From the IMG/VR virus record IMGVR_UViG_3300000557_000001: DNA of 52,548 bases; one strand, written 5' to 3'. Numbering within the stretch: position 1 is the first letter of the stretch; each line of letters starts with the position of its first letter. This DNA is from a virus. This document shows, in pieces, positions 1 to 8,652 of the stretch. The position numbers and the translations under genes were made by a program. The notes beneath the pieces were generated by a model. It ran no database searches, was not told where the DNA came from, and saw only the letters and a program-made list of their open reading frames with translations.

Positions 1-101
1 AACCGCAATTATATCCTAATCGAGAAGTATAAAAAATATGTAGATATGATCAACGAGCGAATATCCGAGCACGAACAGCAGGCATCATTATTTGGAGGCG
101 A
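1..101. repeat. Terminal overlap, identical to 52448-52548 (circular closure or terminal redundancy)
   Basis: Both window ends read AACCGCAATTATATCC...TTTGGAGGCGA; the overlap lies inside one ORF and preserves its frame. Confidence 0.95.
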
Positions 102-111
102 TCATGTATGA
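1..111 (+). CDS. C-terminal end of the DNA methyltransferase that starts at 51800 (ORF crosses the circular junction)
   Basis: Frame continues from 52548 into nt 1 (..NRNYILIEKYKKYVDMINERISEHEQQASLFGGDHV*); stop TGA 109-111 overlaps the next ATG (ATGA). Confidence 0.85.
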   Translation, partial: NRNYILIEKYKKYVDMINERISEHEQQASLFGGDHV

Positions 112-629
112 GCATAATTTCGCAGGCAGTGGAACAGGCAGCAAAAAACGAAAGGTTGCACTTGGGTGCAGGAAACCGGATCAAAAAGGGCTGGGTGAAC
201 CACGACTTAAAAAAGCACAGGCCGGAGATCGACGTGGCTTGGGATTTGAACGTTTTGCCGTGGCCGTGGGAGGACGAAACTGCCGATCAGATTTGTTCAA
301 TGACTGTTTTTGAGCATCTGGACATTGATCTGGTTGCAGCGCTGGACGAATGCTGGCGTATTTTACGGCCGGGCGGCATTTTATACGTTAAGCTGCCGAA
401 CGCTTATGACGCGGAGCAGTGGGCAGACCCGACGCATCGGCGCGTGTTTACGTTGAACACTTTTAAGTTCTTTGATATAACGAAACAGCGCAAAACGACG
501 GACTTTTATACCGACCGGCTTTGGTATATATTGGACGAAGGCTTTACCGGCTGGACTAACAAGATAACCGGCATAAGGAGCAGCGTGTTTGCTGAACTGC
601 AGAAGCCAGAAAGGACTGATAGCGAATGA
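108..629 (+). CDS. Class I SAM-dependent methyltransferase (Methyltransf_11-like)
   Basis: 173 aa; LHLGAGNRIKKGWVNHD (GxG motif I-like) and ILRPGGILYVKLP; overlaps both neighbours by 4 nt. Confidence 0.7.
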   Translation: MSIISQAVEQAAKNERLHLGAGNRIKKGWVNHDLKKHRPEIDVAWDLNVLPWPWEDETADQICSMTVFEHLDIDLVAALDECWRILRPGGILYVKLPNAYDAEQWADPTHRRVFTLNTFKFFDITKQRKTTDFYTDRLWYILDEGFTGWTNKITGIRSSVFAELQKPERTDSE

Positions 630-2377
630 AGGTGCATATAATAAGGGATCGGCCGAACGGCACGATGATTTTAAGCCGCAAGGCGCAAGTTTTACGGGAT
701 GAACTGGGCTGGGGCTTATCTGCTACGGCGGATCCGGCAGCCGATCTGCAGTATGCGTTCTGTTACCTTGATTATAAGGATCGCAGCTTACCGTTCGCGG
801 CATATTTCACCCATCGGGAGGATATGCGCGCGGATAAAGTGTTGGAGTGGGAGCAGGCAGCGAAAAAAGCAGTGCTGCGCGTTACCAGTGCGCAGCAGTA
901 TTATAACGACCTGCAGGAATACGGGCCGACGGTTAAAATATTGCCGCCGTTGGATCGTGAAAAGTTTAGTATCCCGGCAGCAGGTGTTAAGCCGGCAGGC
1001 AAGCGGCCGGTCGTTGGCGTTTCCGGTTATGTTTACAGCGGTGGCCGGAAGGGTGAATGGTTGCTGGATGAAGTTATGGCAACGGACGCCGGCAAGGCTT
1101 TTGAATGGCGTGCTTGCGGCAAGGGTTGGCCGATACCGACAAAACAATATAAGTTTGATCAACTGCAAGACTTTTACCGTTACAATATAGACATTCTGCT
1201 TTGCACTGCTTTAATTGAAGGCGTGCCTTATCCGCCGCTGGAAGCGTTGGCTTGCGGCCGGCCGGTTGTGATCCCTTATGGCGTGGGTTTAATGGATGAA
1301 TTGCCGGAAATGCCGGGGATCGAACGTTACAAGGCCGGCGATGTTGAAGATATGCTGGCAGCTTTGGATCGTGCGGCAGCCGCGCAAGTTAAGCCGGAAG
1401 AATTAAGGGCTGCAACTGAACCATTCGATCAGCTTGCATGGGCTAAATCGCACGCTGACGCCTTTGCAGAAGTGGAGCAGGTGTTATTACATACGAAGCG
1501 GAGCGAAAAGCCGACACAGGCGGACAGGTTAGATGACAGCAGCATTAACAGGCGCAAAGACCGGGGAATTTACGTTGTGGCTTATGGCGCGGCCGCAAGG
1601 AACCGCGCGCGCGTGCTGGTTAACAGCGTGCGCCGTTATATGCCGGATATACCGGTGGCCGTTGCAAGCGAAGAACCGCTTACCGAACCAGAAGCGGATC
1701 ACTGGATACAGTATGACGGGGATCCGGGCGTGGGCGCGCGACTGGTTAAGCTTAACGCTTACAATTTAGCGCCGGCAAGCTGGCAGCAGGTGCTTTATTT
1801 AGACGCCGACACGGAGTTAACGGAAAGCGTTGATTACCTGTTTTATTGCTTGGATCAAGGCTGGGAGGCAGTGCTGGTTAAAGAGGTTAACAAAAATCAT
1901 CGGCATATTGCGCCGGGCAGCGATTATGAATATACGCTGGAAACTATAGGCAGGCCAGAAGGGAACGATGCTTGGTTGGCTCCTTGCGGTGGCGTTATAG
2001 CTTTTAAGCGTTGTGCTGCAGCAAAACGGTTCTTTGATACGTGGCTGCAGGAATACGGCGAAGGGCAAGCGCGCGATCAGCCGAGCTTATTGCGTGCGTG
2101 GTTTAAAACAAAGCTGCGCGCTTGGTTTGTAGGCAATGAGTGGAACAGCTTTACAAAGCACGCGCACGAAAACCGTTACCGGATCATTAAACATTACAGC
2201 GGCACGGCCAGATCAGGGCGCAGCGGTGAAACAGTTAAGGTGATAAATACCGGCAGCAAGGCCGTTGAACGTGCCGGGCATACGTTTTATCCGGGCGCGA
2301 CCGTGCTGGTTAATAAGCAGCGCAAAGGCTTTAATGAGATATTGGCTTGTAATTCGCTGCAGATTGTGAGAAAATAA
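626..2377 (+). CDS. Two-domain glycosyltransferase (N-terminal GT-B/GT4-like, C-terminal GT-A/GT8-like)
   Basis: 583 aa; EGVPYPPLEALACGRPVV (EX7E-type GT-B motif) and VLYLDADTEL (DxD GT-A motif). Confidence 0.8.
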   Translation: MKVHIIRDRPNGTMILSRKAQVLRDELGWGLSATADPAADLQYAFCYLDYKDRSLPFAAYFTHREDMRADKVLEWEQAAKKAVLRVTSAQQYYNDLQEYGPTVKILPPLDREKFSIPAAGVKPAGKRPVVGVSGYVYSGGRKGEWLLDEVMATDAGKAFEWRACGKGWPIPTKQYKFDQLQDFYRYNIDILLCTALIEGVPYPPLEALACGRPVVIPYGVGLMDELPEMPGIERYKAGDVEDMLAALDRAAAAQVKPEELRAATEPFDQLAWAKSHADAFAEVEQVLLHTKRSEKPTQADRLDDSSINRRKDRGIYVVAYGAAARNRARVLVNSVRRYMPDIPVAVASEEPLTEPEADHWIQYDGDPGVGARLVKLNAYNLAPASWQQVLYLDADTELTESVDYLFYCLDQGWEAVLVKEVNKNHRHIAPGSDYEYTLETIGRPEGNDAWLAPCGGVIAFKRCAAAKRFFDTWLQEYGEGQARDQPSLLRAWFKTKLRAWFVGNEWNSFTKHAHENRYRIIKHYSGTARSGRSGETVKVINTGSKAVERAGHTFYPGATVLVNKQRKGFNEILACNSLQIVRK

Positions 2378-2397
2378 GGTATAGGAGGGCAATTAAA

Positions 2398-2715
2398 ATG
2401 AAAAGCAGATACAAGCAGGAGCTTTTATCGCGCAAAAGGCAAGAAATGGTTGTGGTTAACTTAACGGAACGAACCTTTTACCGGGCAGGCTATGAATTTC
2501 CGCCGAAGCAGGAAACAACGGTGTCGGTGCTTCCCAGTGAGGTCGCGGAAATAAAGGCTTGCAGGGCGTTAAATATTTTCCACAAAGGTATCCCTTGCGA
2601 CTTTCCGGGTTGCGACTTTGTGGCTAAAAGTGATCGGGCGCTATATGCGCATAAACGGAAACATAAGAAAAAAGGTGGTGCAAAGTGGGATGACGCAGAA
2701 CCAGAAGAAGTATAG
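2398..2715 (+). CDS. Small basic protein with one classical C2H2 zinc finger
   Basis: 105 aa; SD GGAGGG upstream; IPCDFPGCDFVAKSDRALYAHKRKH = C-x4-C-x12-H-x3-H followed by a KKK tail. Confidence 0.6.
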   Translation: MKSRYKQELLSRKRQEMVVVNLTERTFYRAGYEFPPKQETTVSVLPSEVAEIKACRALNIFHKGIPCDFPGCDFVAKSDRALYAHKRKHKKKGGAKWDDAEPEEV

Positions 2716-3112
2716 CAGCGCGGATGAAGTTGTGCGCGCGACAGGCGTGCAGGCGGAAGATCTCGGCTTTGCGAACAATTATGAGCTTAAGCAGTGGCTT
2801 AACGATCGGCTGGTTGAAATAAAAAGCTTAATTGATGCCGACCGAAACCGGGATTATCACGCAGAAGTTAAGAGGGGCGAACGCGATCAGGTGCCGCCGG
2901 GCATAGAAGGGATCGCGTTGCGCATGGCTGGGAACTTGGTTGCGCATATAATAGCAAGGCAGCAAACGCCTGTTATACGTGTTGACGATTGGCAGGTTAG
3001 GGTCGCAGAGGATCAGGTGTTTACGAACGCGATTAAAAAGGATCTGCAGCGGTTCCCTGCCGGCCGGCGCTTCCGTTTTCACGTATTAGGCAGCAGCAGG
3101 GAGGATAATTAA
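2690..3112 (+). CDS. Head-tail adaptor/connector (gp6-like), assigned from position and weak sequence resemblance
   Basis: ATG 2690 behind SD AAAGGTGGTG (preferred over track start 2618); first gene of the connector set upstream of the HK97 gp10-like gene. Confidence 0.5.
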   Translation: MTQNQKKYSSADEVVRATGVQAEDLGFANNYELKQWLNDRLVEIKSLIDADRNRDYHAEVKRGERDQVPPGIEGIALRMAGNLVAHIIARQQTPVIRVDDWQVRVAEDQVFTNAIKKDLQRFPAGRRFRFHVLGSSREDN

Positions 3113-3113
3113 G

Positions 3114-3548
3114 TTGGGTGATTGGCAGGTAGATTTTAACGAAGAAGAAATGCGCGAATGGTTGGGTCTGGTTGAAAAAGCTTATGACCGCGCGCTGGAA
3201 TATATGGCTGCAGATGTTTGGGGCAATATTAAGCGTGAAACGCCGACCGATCATGGTAAACTTGCAGGCAGCTTCGCGCTGGAAAAAATATCGCGGCTAA
3301 AATGGCGGATTTATACGATGGTATATTATGCCATGTATGTTCACGAAGGAACCGGTATTTACGGGCCGGTCGGTCATCCAATAGTGCCGCGCAGAGCGCG
3401 CTTCTTAGTGTTTGAATGGCACGGCCAGACATGGTTCTTGCGCAGCGTCCGGGGCCAGAAGCCGAACCCGTTTGCTGACCGGGCAATGGATACCACGGCC
3501 GGCCGGGTGCAGGAATTTACAGAGCGCGCGGTGGCTGAAACTGCTTAA
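3114..3548 (+). CDS. HK97 gp10-family head-tail joining protein
   Basis: 144 aa, TTG start; HGKLAGSF..YYAMYVHEGTG..VPRRARFL..PNPFADRA pattern typical of the gp10 family. Confidence 0.7.
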   Translation: MGDWQVDFNEEEMREWLGLVEKAYDRALEYMAADVWGNIKRETPTDHGKLAGSFALEKISRLKWRIYTMVYYAMYVHEGTGIYGPVGHPIVPRRARFLVFEWHGQTWFLRSVRGQKPNPFADRAMDTTAGRVQEFTERAVAETA

Positions 3549-3559
3549 GGAGGGCTATT

Positions 3560-4033
3560 ATGCCGAAGTTAATACAGCTTGATGAAGCTTTGGAAGGTAT
3601 ATTGGACAGCGTTAACGCCACGCTGGAAGCGGCTGCAGGTGAAACAAAGCCGCTGGGCAAGGTTACTGCAATAATACGCGGCGATCGCAAACGCACGCAG
3701 CCGAAAACTCCGGCAATATGGACGCGGATCCTAAACGCGGAGCCGGATTATACAAGGCGCAGCATGGCGGAAGTATGGCGCGCGGACGTGATCCTGCTGG
3801 GCATAGTTAAAAACCAGAACCCGGATCAAGGATCCCGGGAAGCGACCCGGCTGGCAGCAAGGGCGCGCAGTGAAGTTTTAAAGGATCGGAGTTTGGGTTT
3901 ACGTGAATACGTGCAGGACGTGCGAAGTGGTATGTTTGAACCGAGTGGGCCGGAGCTACAAAGCAATGAAAACTTGTTTACGGCCACGGCGCTCCTGCAG
4001 GTTCACTTTACCATATTAGAAACAAATCCTTAA
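3560..4033 (+). CDS. Virion protein in the tail-terminator/tail-completion position; family not recognised
   Basis: 157 aa, SD AAGGAGGG; lies between the gp10-like gene and the tail tube gene. Confidence 0.45.
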   Translation: MPKLIQLDEALEGILDSVNATLEAAAGETKPLGKVTAIIRGDRKRTQPKTPAIWTRILNAEPDYTRRSMAEVWRADVILLGIVKNQNPDQGSREATRLAARARSEVLKDRSLGLREYVQDVRSGMFEPSGPELQSNENLFTATALLQVHFTILETNP

Positions 4034-4053
4034 GCAAAGGAGGGCGATAAAAA

Positions 4054-5052
4054 ATGACTGGTAAAATTAGGCGTTATTGCGGCATAGTTGAAGAATTGGA
4101 GTTTGGCGAACAGCCGGCGCCGGATCCGGTTGTCCATCTGGACATAACAAGCGCAGGGCTGGACGTGCCTTCGGATACGAATATTATCTATGAAGGCGGC
4201 GCGCGGCGATCTGCGCGGTTATACAGGCCGGGCTTTTATGCGCCGGAAGGCGATATTGTTTACGGCTTGGACATAAGGACGATCGGCTGGTTCTTGAAGT
4301 GGGCGCTGGGCAATTACAAGTTCAATGCTCAAGGCGGATCTAAAAACCTTCACGAATTTTACGGCACGCATAACGTCAGGCTTCCCAGCTTTTGCGCGCG
4401 CGTGGGCAAGGATCTGTTTGAACATATTTTCAGCGGTTGTATTATAAACAGCTTGGAAATTAACGTTGGCGACGCTTTGTGCGTTGCAACGGCGAACGTG
4501 ATTGCCAAAAAAGACGCAAAAGGCGCGATCGAAAGCGGCGAGTTAAGCTTCCCGGAAGAATATCCGTTGGCGTTCCATGAGGTTACTGCTTACCTTAACA
4601 GCGGCGAAATTAGCGCAAAGGTTAAGGAGTTAACTTTAACGATCAATAATAACGCAACGGCTGCAGACGGGCGGCATATAGGCTCGCGCCATCCCGGACA
4701 GGTGCCGGTGGGTGATCGGGAAACGACCTTAAGCTTGGAGCTATTCTATGAAGATACGGATATGCTTGAAAAGTTTTGGGGCGGTTCTACCGGGCCAGCA
4801 AAAAGCGGCTCCGATGAATTTAGCATGAAGCTTGAATTGGACGCCGGCGATTATGGCAAGCTGGAAATTGACCTGCCGAAGCTGGTTAACGTTACAGCAG
4901 AACAGCAGCCGAGCAATCGGGATGAAATCGTGCAAAGTGTTGAAGCGCGTGCGTTTATTGATACCGTGGAGCTTGACGGCGGCGAAGAAGTGGAAACGGA
5001 AATACTTTGTTCGCTTGAAAACGAGCAGGCCGAAATGGAACCTGCAAGTTAA
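4054..5052 (+). CDS. Major tail (tube) protein candidate
   Basis: 332 aa, SD AAAGGAGGG; sits immediately upstream of the chaperone pair and tape measure; acidic C-terminal extension. Confidence 0.6.
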   Translation: MTGKIRRYCGIVEELEFGEQPAPDPVVHLDITSAGLDVPSDTNIIYEGGARRSARLYRPGFYAPEGDIVYGLDIRTIGWFLKWALGNYKFNAQGGSKNLHEFYGTHNVRLPSFCARVGKDLFEHIFSGCIINSLEINVGDALCVATANVIAKKDAKGAIESGELSFPEEYPLAFHEVTAYLNSGEISAKVKELTLTINNNATAADGRHIGSRHPGQVPVGDRETTLSLELFYEDTDMLEKFWGGSTGPAKSGSDEFSMKLELDAGDYGKLEIDLPKLVNVTAEQQPSNRDEIVQSVEARAFIDTVELDGGEEVETEILCSLENEQAEMEPAS

Positions 5053-5080
5053 TATATAATGCGGAAAGGAGCTTGTTAAG

Positions 5081-5596
5081 ATGGGTGAACAAGTAAACAG
5101 GTTAAACAAAGCGGCGTTATTACAGGGCCGGGATCAGGTGTTTTATGAATACTTTGAAGAACTGGACGGCGAAATAGCACTTGCGCCGCTTACCGACGGC
5201 CAATATTCACAGGCGGAAGCGGTCAGGGCAACGGGCGCTTCCATGAGTGGCCGGCCGGTTATGGATAAGGACGGCAACGTGGATCGGGCCGCGACAAGTG
5301 GGCAGCTTGAATTTAAAATTGATATGCAAGCTGCAGCAAACGCGGACTTTGAAGCTGATTGTTTGGCCGTGGCTTACAGCTTAAGCAATGGCAGCGGCGA
5401 GCAATGGACTGATCGGGAGGTTAAGGCGTTGCAGCCGCCGGGCATTGTCCACAAGATAGCTGCTAAAGTTTACGAAATAAGCGGTGCAAACCAGCAGCAG
5501 ATTGAGCAGGTGCGTTCCTTTCGCGGAAAGCGCGGAGGGGCAGAACATGATAAACCTTCATCTGGCAAGCGTTCCGCTGGTAAAAAGTCAAGCTGA
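5081..5596 (+). CDS. Tail assembly chaperone (gpG position)
   Basis: 171 aa, acidic; directly upstream of the tape measure gene; overlaps the next ORF. Confidence 0.6.
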   Translation: MGEQVNRLNKAALLQGRDQVFYEYFEELDGEIALAPLTDGQYSQAEAVRATGASMSGRPVMDKDGNVDRAATSGQLEFKIDMQAAANADFEADCLAVAYSLSNGSGEQWTDREVKALQPPGIVHKIAAKVYEISGANQQQIEQVRSFRGKRGGAEHDKPSSGKRSAGKKSS

Positions 5597-5774
5597 TATG
5601 ACGCCGCTGCAGCGCGCGTTCTTGGAAGCCGGCATTTCCTACGCTTACACAAAGCAACGGGAAGCCGTGTTTGGCAAGGGCGGCGCTGCAGGCGGCATGA
5701 GCAGCGGCGGATCGCATAAGGATAAACGGGAAGAAATGAAAAAGCGCACAGCGCAACGGAAAAGAGGTGGTTAA
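5547..5774 (+). CDS. Second tail-assembly protein (gpT position): independently initiated, or the distal part of a +1/-2 frameshift fusion with 5081-5596
   Basis: Internal SD GGAGGGG 7 nt before ATG 5547; its frame is +1 relative to 5081-5596; ends 2 nt before the tape measure start. Confidence 0.45.
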   Translation: MINLHLASVPLVKSQADMTPLQRAFLEAGISYAYTKQREAVFGKGGAAGGMSSGGSHKDKREEMKKRTAQRKRGG

Positions 5775-5776
5775 CG

Positions 5777-7891
5777 TTGGCAACTATGGAAATTATACTG
5801 CGCGCGGTGGATCAAGCTTCCGATGTTGTGGAAGGGATCGGGCAAACAACCGAAAAGGCGGCCGGCTGGATTGATCAAAACTGGACAAAGATCGCAGCCG
5901 GGGCCGCTGCAGCCGGCGGCGCGATGGAAATGGCCGCGCGCAAACAGGCGCCGTTAACTGAACAAACGCAGCGCCTTTCTAATGCTTTGGACATGGCAGA
6001 AGATGAAGTGCGCGATCTTGCGCTGGGCATGTCTGACGTTACCTTCCCGATCGATGAAGTTTTGGGCTTAATGGAAAAAGGCCGGCAGCAGGGCATTGAA
6101 AGCGCGGAAGCGTTGGAAGAATATGCGTTGTTTTGGGATCAGGTTGGCGATGCGACCGGCTTAAGTGCTGAACGGTTGGCCGAAAGTTCGTCTGCACTGC
6201 GCGCGGTTGGCATTGCCGCCGGTGAAGAAGCGCAAGCGCTGGACGCCTTTGGTTATATAACGCAGGAAACAAGCGGCAGCGTGGATGATTTTATGCACTT
6301 TATTGATCGCACGGGGCCAGAACTGCGCGAAATGGGTGCAGATGTGGACGATGCTGCAGCCGTGCTGGGTGCTTTAGAGCATGAACTTGGTATGAGTGGC
6401 CGCACGGCGCGAACAGAGTTTAGGCAGGCGATCAATGAAGCGAATGGCGATATGGGCAAGGCGCTTGAAACGCTGGGCTTAAGCGAAGAACAGTTTAAGG
6501 AATACCGGGGCGCCGTTGCAGATAGCAGCGATGTTATAGAAAAAAATGCGGAAGCGCACGAAGAAAGTTATACCACGATGCAACGTTTGCAGGCGCGCGC
6601 GGAGGATCTTATGTATCAATACGGCGATTTGATCGGCGTTGTGGGTGATTTTGCGCCGCTTATGATGGGATTAGGGCCAATATTAAAAGGCGTTACCACG
6701 GCCAAAAAGGCGCTGGGTGCAGTGTCTATGAAGGCAATGGTGCCGGCTATTGTAGGCGCAACGAAGGCAGCTTGGGGCTTTACGGCTGCACTGCTGGCGA
6801 ACCCGATAACGTGGATCGTGCTGCTGATAGTTGGCTTAATAGCGGCGATCGTGGCTTTATGGAAAAACTGGGATACAGTTAGCGAAAACTTGGTTAAGGC
6901 TTGGGATTGGATCCGGGAACGTGCGACCGCTATATGGGAAGGAATTAAAAACTTTTTTAAACAGGTCTGGCAGGTGATAAGCGGCATATTTGAAGCCGCG
7001 CTGCAATTTATAATCGACCTGTTTATGAAATATCATCCGCTGGGGCTTATTATAAGCAACTGGGAAGAAATATTAGACTTTTTCCGGGATATATGGAGCC
7101 GGATCATTGGAACCACGGATACCAGCTTGGATGATATTGTAAACTTTTTTGCTGAATTGCCGGGCCGGATTTGGGAATGGCTGGTCAACTTGGTTGCGCG
7201 GATCTTTAACTGGGATAACGATATGCGACAAGCGGCCATTGATGCCGGCCATAACTTTATTGAAAACTATATTAATTTTATACGGCAGCTTCCGGGCCGC
7301 GTTTGGACTTGGCTGGTTAACGTTATTAACCGGTTTATTAACTGGCGGAACACAGTGGTCAGCAGGGCGGCCGAAGCTGGGCGCAGTTTATTAAGAGGAT
7401 TTATGGACGTTGTGCGCAACTTACCGGGGCAGCTTTGGGATACGCTGCAACGAGCCGTCCGCAACTTAATGAACATAGGCGGTGCGCTTTGGAACGCTGC
7501 AAGGAACGCAGGGCAGCGGATCTGGAACGGGATCAGCAGCGCGCTGGGCATAAGCTCGCCTTCCCACGTGGAACGGGCGATCGATGCAATGGCGGATCGG
7601 GCTGCTGAATTGCCGGGTGAAATGCAACGGCATTTCGGCCAGATTGAAGGGCTGCAGCCGGAGCTTGACGCTAATGTTAACACGGCAACTTCCGGCCTGC
7701 GCGAAGGCGGCGTTACGCGCAGCGAGTTAACTATAAAGCACGACCTTGAAAACGTGCCGGATCACATAGACGAAAACAAGCTTGCGAATATGTTAGCGCA
7801 GACCTTAAAGCGGCCAGAAATGCGCCGTGAGCTTGATAAGGCCGGGCATAAAACAAAGCAGCGCTTTAAGGCTCAAGGGAGGGAAATCTAA
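5777..7891 (+). CDS. Tail tape measure protein
   Basis: 704 aa; central hydrophobic helices; long run of W/F-periodic helical repeats (IWEWLVNLVARIFNW.., VWTWLVNVINRFINW..); position before Dit. Confidence 0.85.
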   Translation: MATMEIILRAVDQASDVVEGIGQTTEKAAGWIDQNWTKIAAGAAAAGGAMEMAARKQAPLTEQTQRLSNALDMAEDEVRDLALGMSDVTFPIDEVLGLMEKGRQQGIESAEALEEYALFWDQVGDATGLSAERLAESSSALRAVGIAAGEEAQALDAFGYITQETSGSVDDFMHFIDRTGPELREMGADVDDAAAVLGALEHELGMSGRTARTEFRQAINEANGDMGKALETLGLSEEQFKEYRGAVADSSDVIEKNAEAHEESYTTMQRLQARAEDLMYQYGDLIGVVGDFAPLMMGLGPILKGVTTAKKALGAVSMKAMVPAIVGATKAAWGFTAALLANPITWIVLLIVGLIAAIVALWKNWDTVSENLVKAWDWIRERATAIWEGIKNFFKQVWQVISGIFEAALQFIIDLFMKYHPLGLIISNWEEILDFFRDIWSRIIGTTDTSLDDIVNFFAELPGRIWEWLVNLVARIFNWDNDMRQAAIDAGHNFIENYINFIRQLPGRVWTWLVNVINRFINWRNTVVSRAAEAGRSLLRGFMDVVRNLPGQLWDTLQRAVRNLMNIGGALWNAARNAGQRIWNGISSALGISSPSHVERAIDAMADRAAELPGEMQRHFGQIEGLQPELDANVNTATSGLREGGVTRSELTIKHDLENVPDHIDENKLANMLAQTLKRPEMRRELDKAGHKTKQRFKAQGREI

Positions 7892-8652
7892 TGAAGTTTG
7901 ATGTTTTAAAGTTTAACGGCAAACAAAGCGATGACCCGGAACTTGGGATCGAATTATGGCAGGCGTGGCGCCGGCCGATCGCAGCCGGAACACGTGATCG
8001 GCTGGTTGTTATAGACGGGCGAAACGGTGTTATTGATCACGGCGGCGATCTGCAGGAGTTGGAGATCGAATGCGAGTTTGTTGTGGCTGCTGATAGCATG
8101 GAAGATCTGCGCAGCAAGGCGCGCGCGATCGCAGCTTGGTTGCATACGTGGGAGCCTGCTGAACTGCTTTTTGGCGATGAGCAAGACAAATATTATAACG
8201 CGCGCAGGGTCGGCAGCATTGATCAGGAGCAGATCATTAACACGGGTGAAGGCAGCGTTACCTTTATGATACCGGAAGGCTGCGCGCTTGCTAAAGACCT
8301 GAAAGAAAAGGCTTACAGTTGGCCGCAAACAAACGAAGGAACGCTGCAGTGTCCGGCCGTTGTTACTTTTGAAGCGCCGTACGAAATGGACAAGGTTGTT
8401 TTGCGGCTGGCAGGCACGGACAAGGCGATTATATTAGACAAGACCGTGGCCGCCGGCGCGGAGGTTGTTATTGATACCGGGCTTTGGACTGTTACCGTGG
8501 CCGGCGAAGATGAACGGAAGAATATAGCTTTTCATTCTTATTGGTTTTGGCTGCCGGTGGGTGATTTTACGTTGGAACTGGCAGATCAGGAAGAAGGCGG
8601 CGAAATTAGTCCGGTTTATTTTAACCTGCAATACAGGGAGCGTTATATATAA
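7891..8652 (+). CDS. Distal tail protein (Dit, siphovirus tail component)
   Basis: 253 aa; start overlaps the tape measure stop (TAATG); sits between tape measure and Tal. Confidence 0.7.
   Translation: MKFDVLKFNGKQSDDPELGIELWQAWRRPIAAGTRDRLVVIDGRNGVIDHGGDLQELEIECEFVVAADSMEDLRSKARAIAAWLHTWEPAELLFGDEQDKYYNARRVGSIDQEQIINTGEGSVTFMIPEGCALAKDLKEKAYSWPQTNEGTLQCPAVVTFEAPYEMDKVVLRLAGTDKAIILDKTVAAGAEVVIDTGLWTVTVAGEDERKNIAFHSYWFWLPVGDFTLELADQEEGGEISPVYFNLQYRERYI

Noticed and set aside
1-101. The 101-nt end repeat as a biological direct terminal repeat or cos end
   Set aside because: It lies inside an intact ORF, restores the frame exactly, and coincides precisely with the contig ends, which is typical of circular assembly overlap. 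It cannot be fully excluded without read-terminus data.
92-313. Alternative-frame + strand ORFs nested in recognised genes (92-313, 699-1190, 12424-12810, 41443-41664, 46335-46640 and similar)
   Set aside because: Each is fully contained in a longer ORF that carries clear family motifs and a proper SD. None has its own ribosome-binding site.
5484-5596. Canonical -1 programmed frameshift joining the two tail chaperone ORFs
   Set aside because: The downstream ORF is in the +1 frame, the -1 frame meets TAA at 5581, and no XXXYYYZ slippery heptamer is visible. It is kept only as a +1/-2 possibility in the findings.
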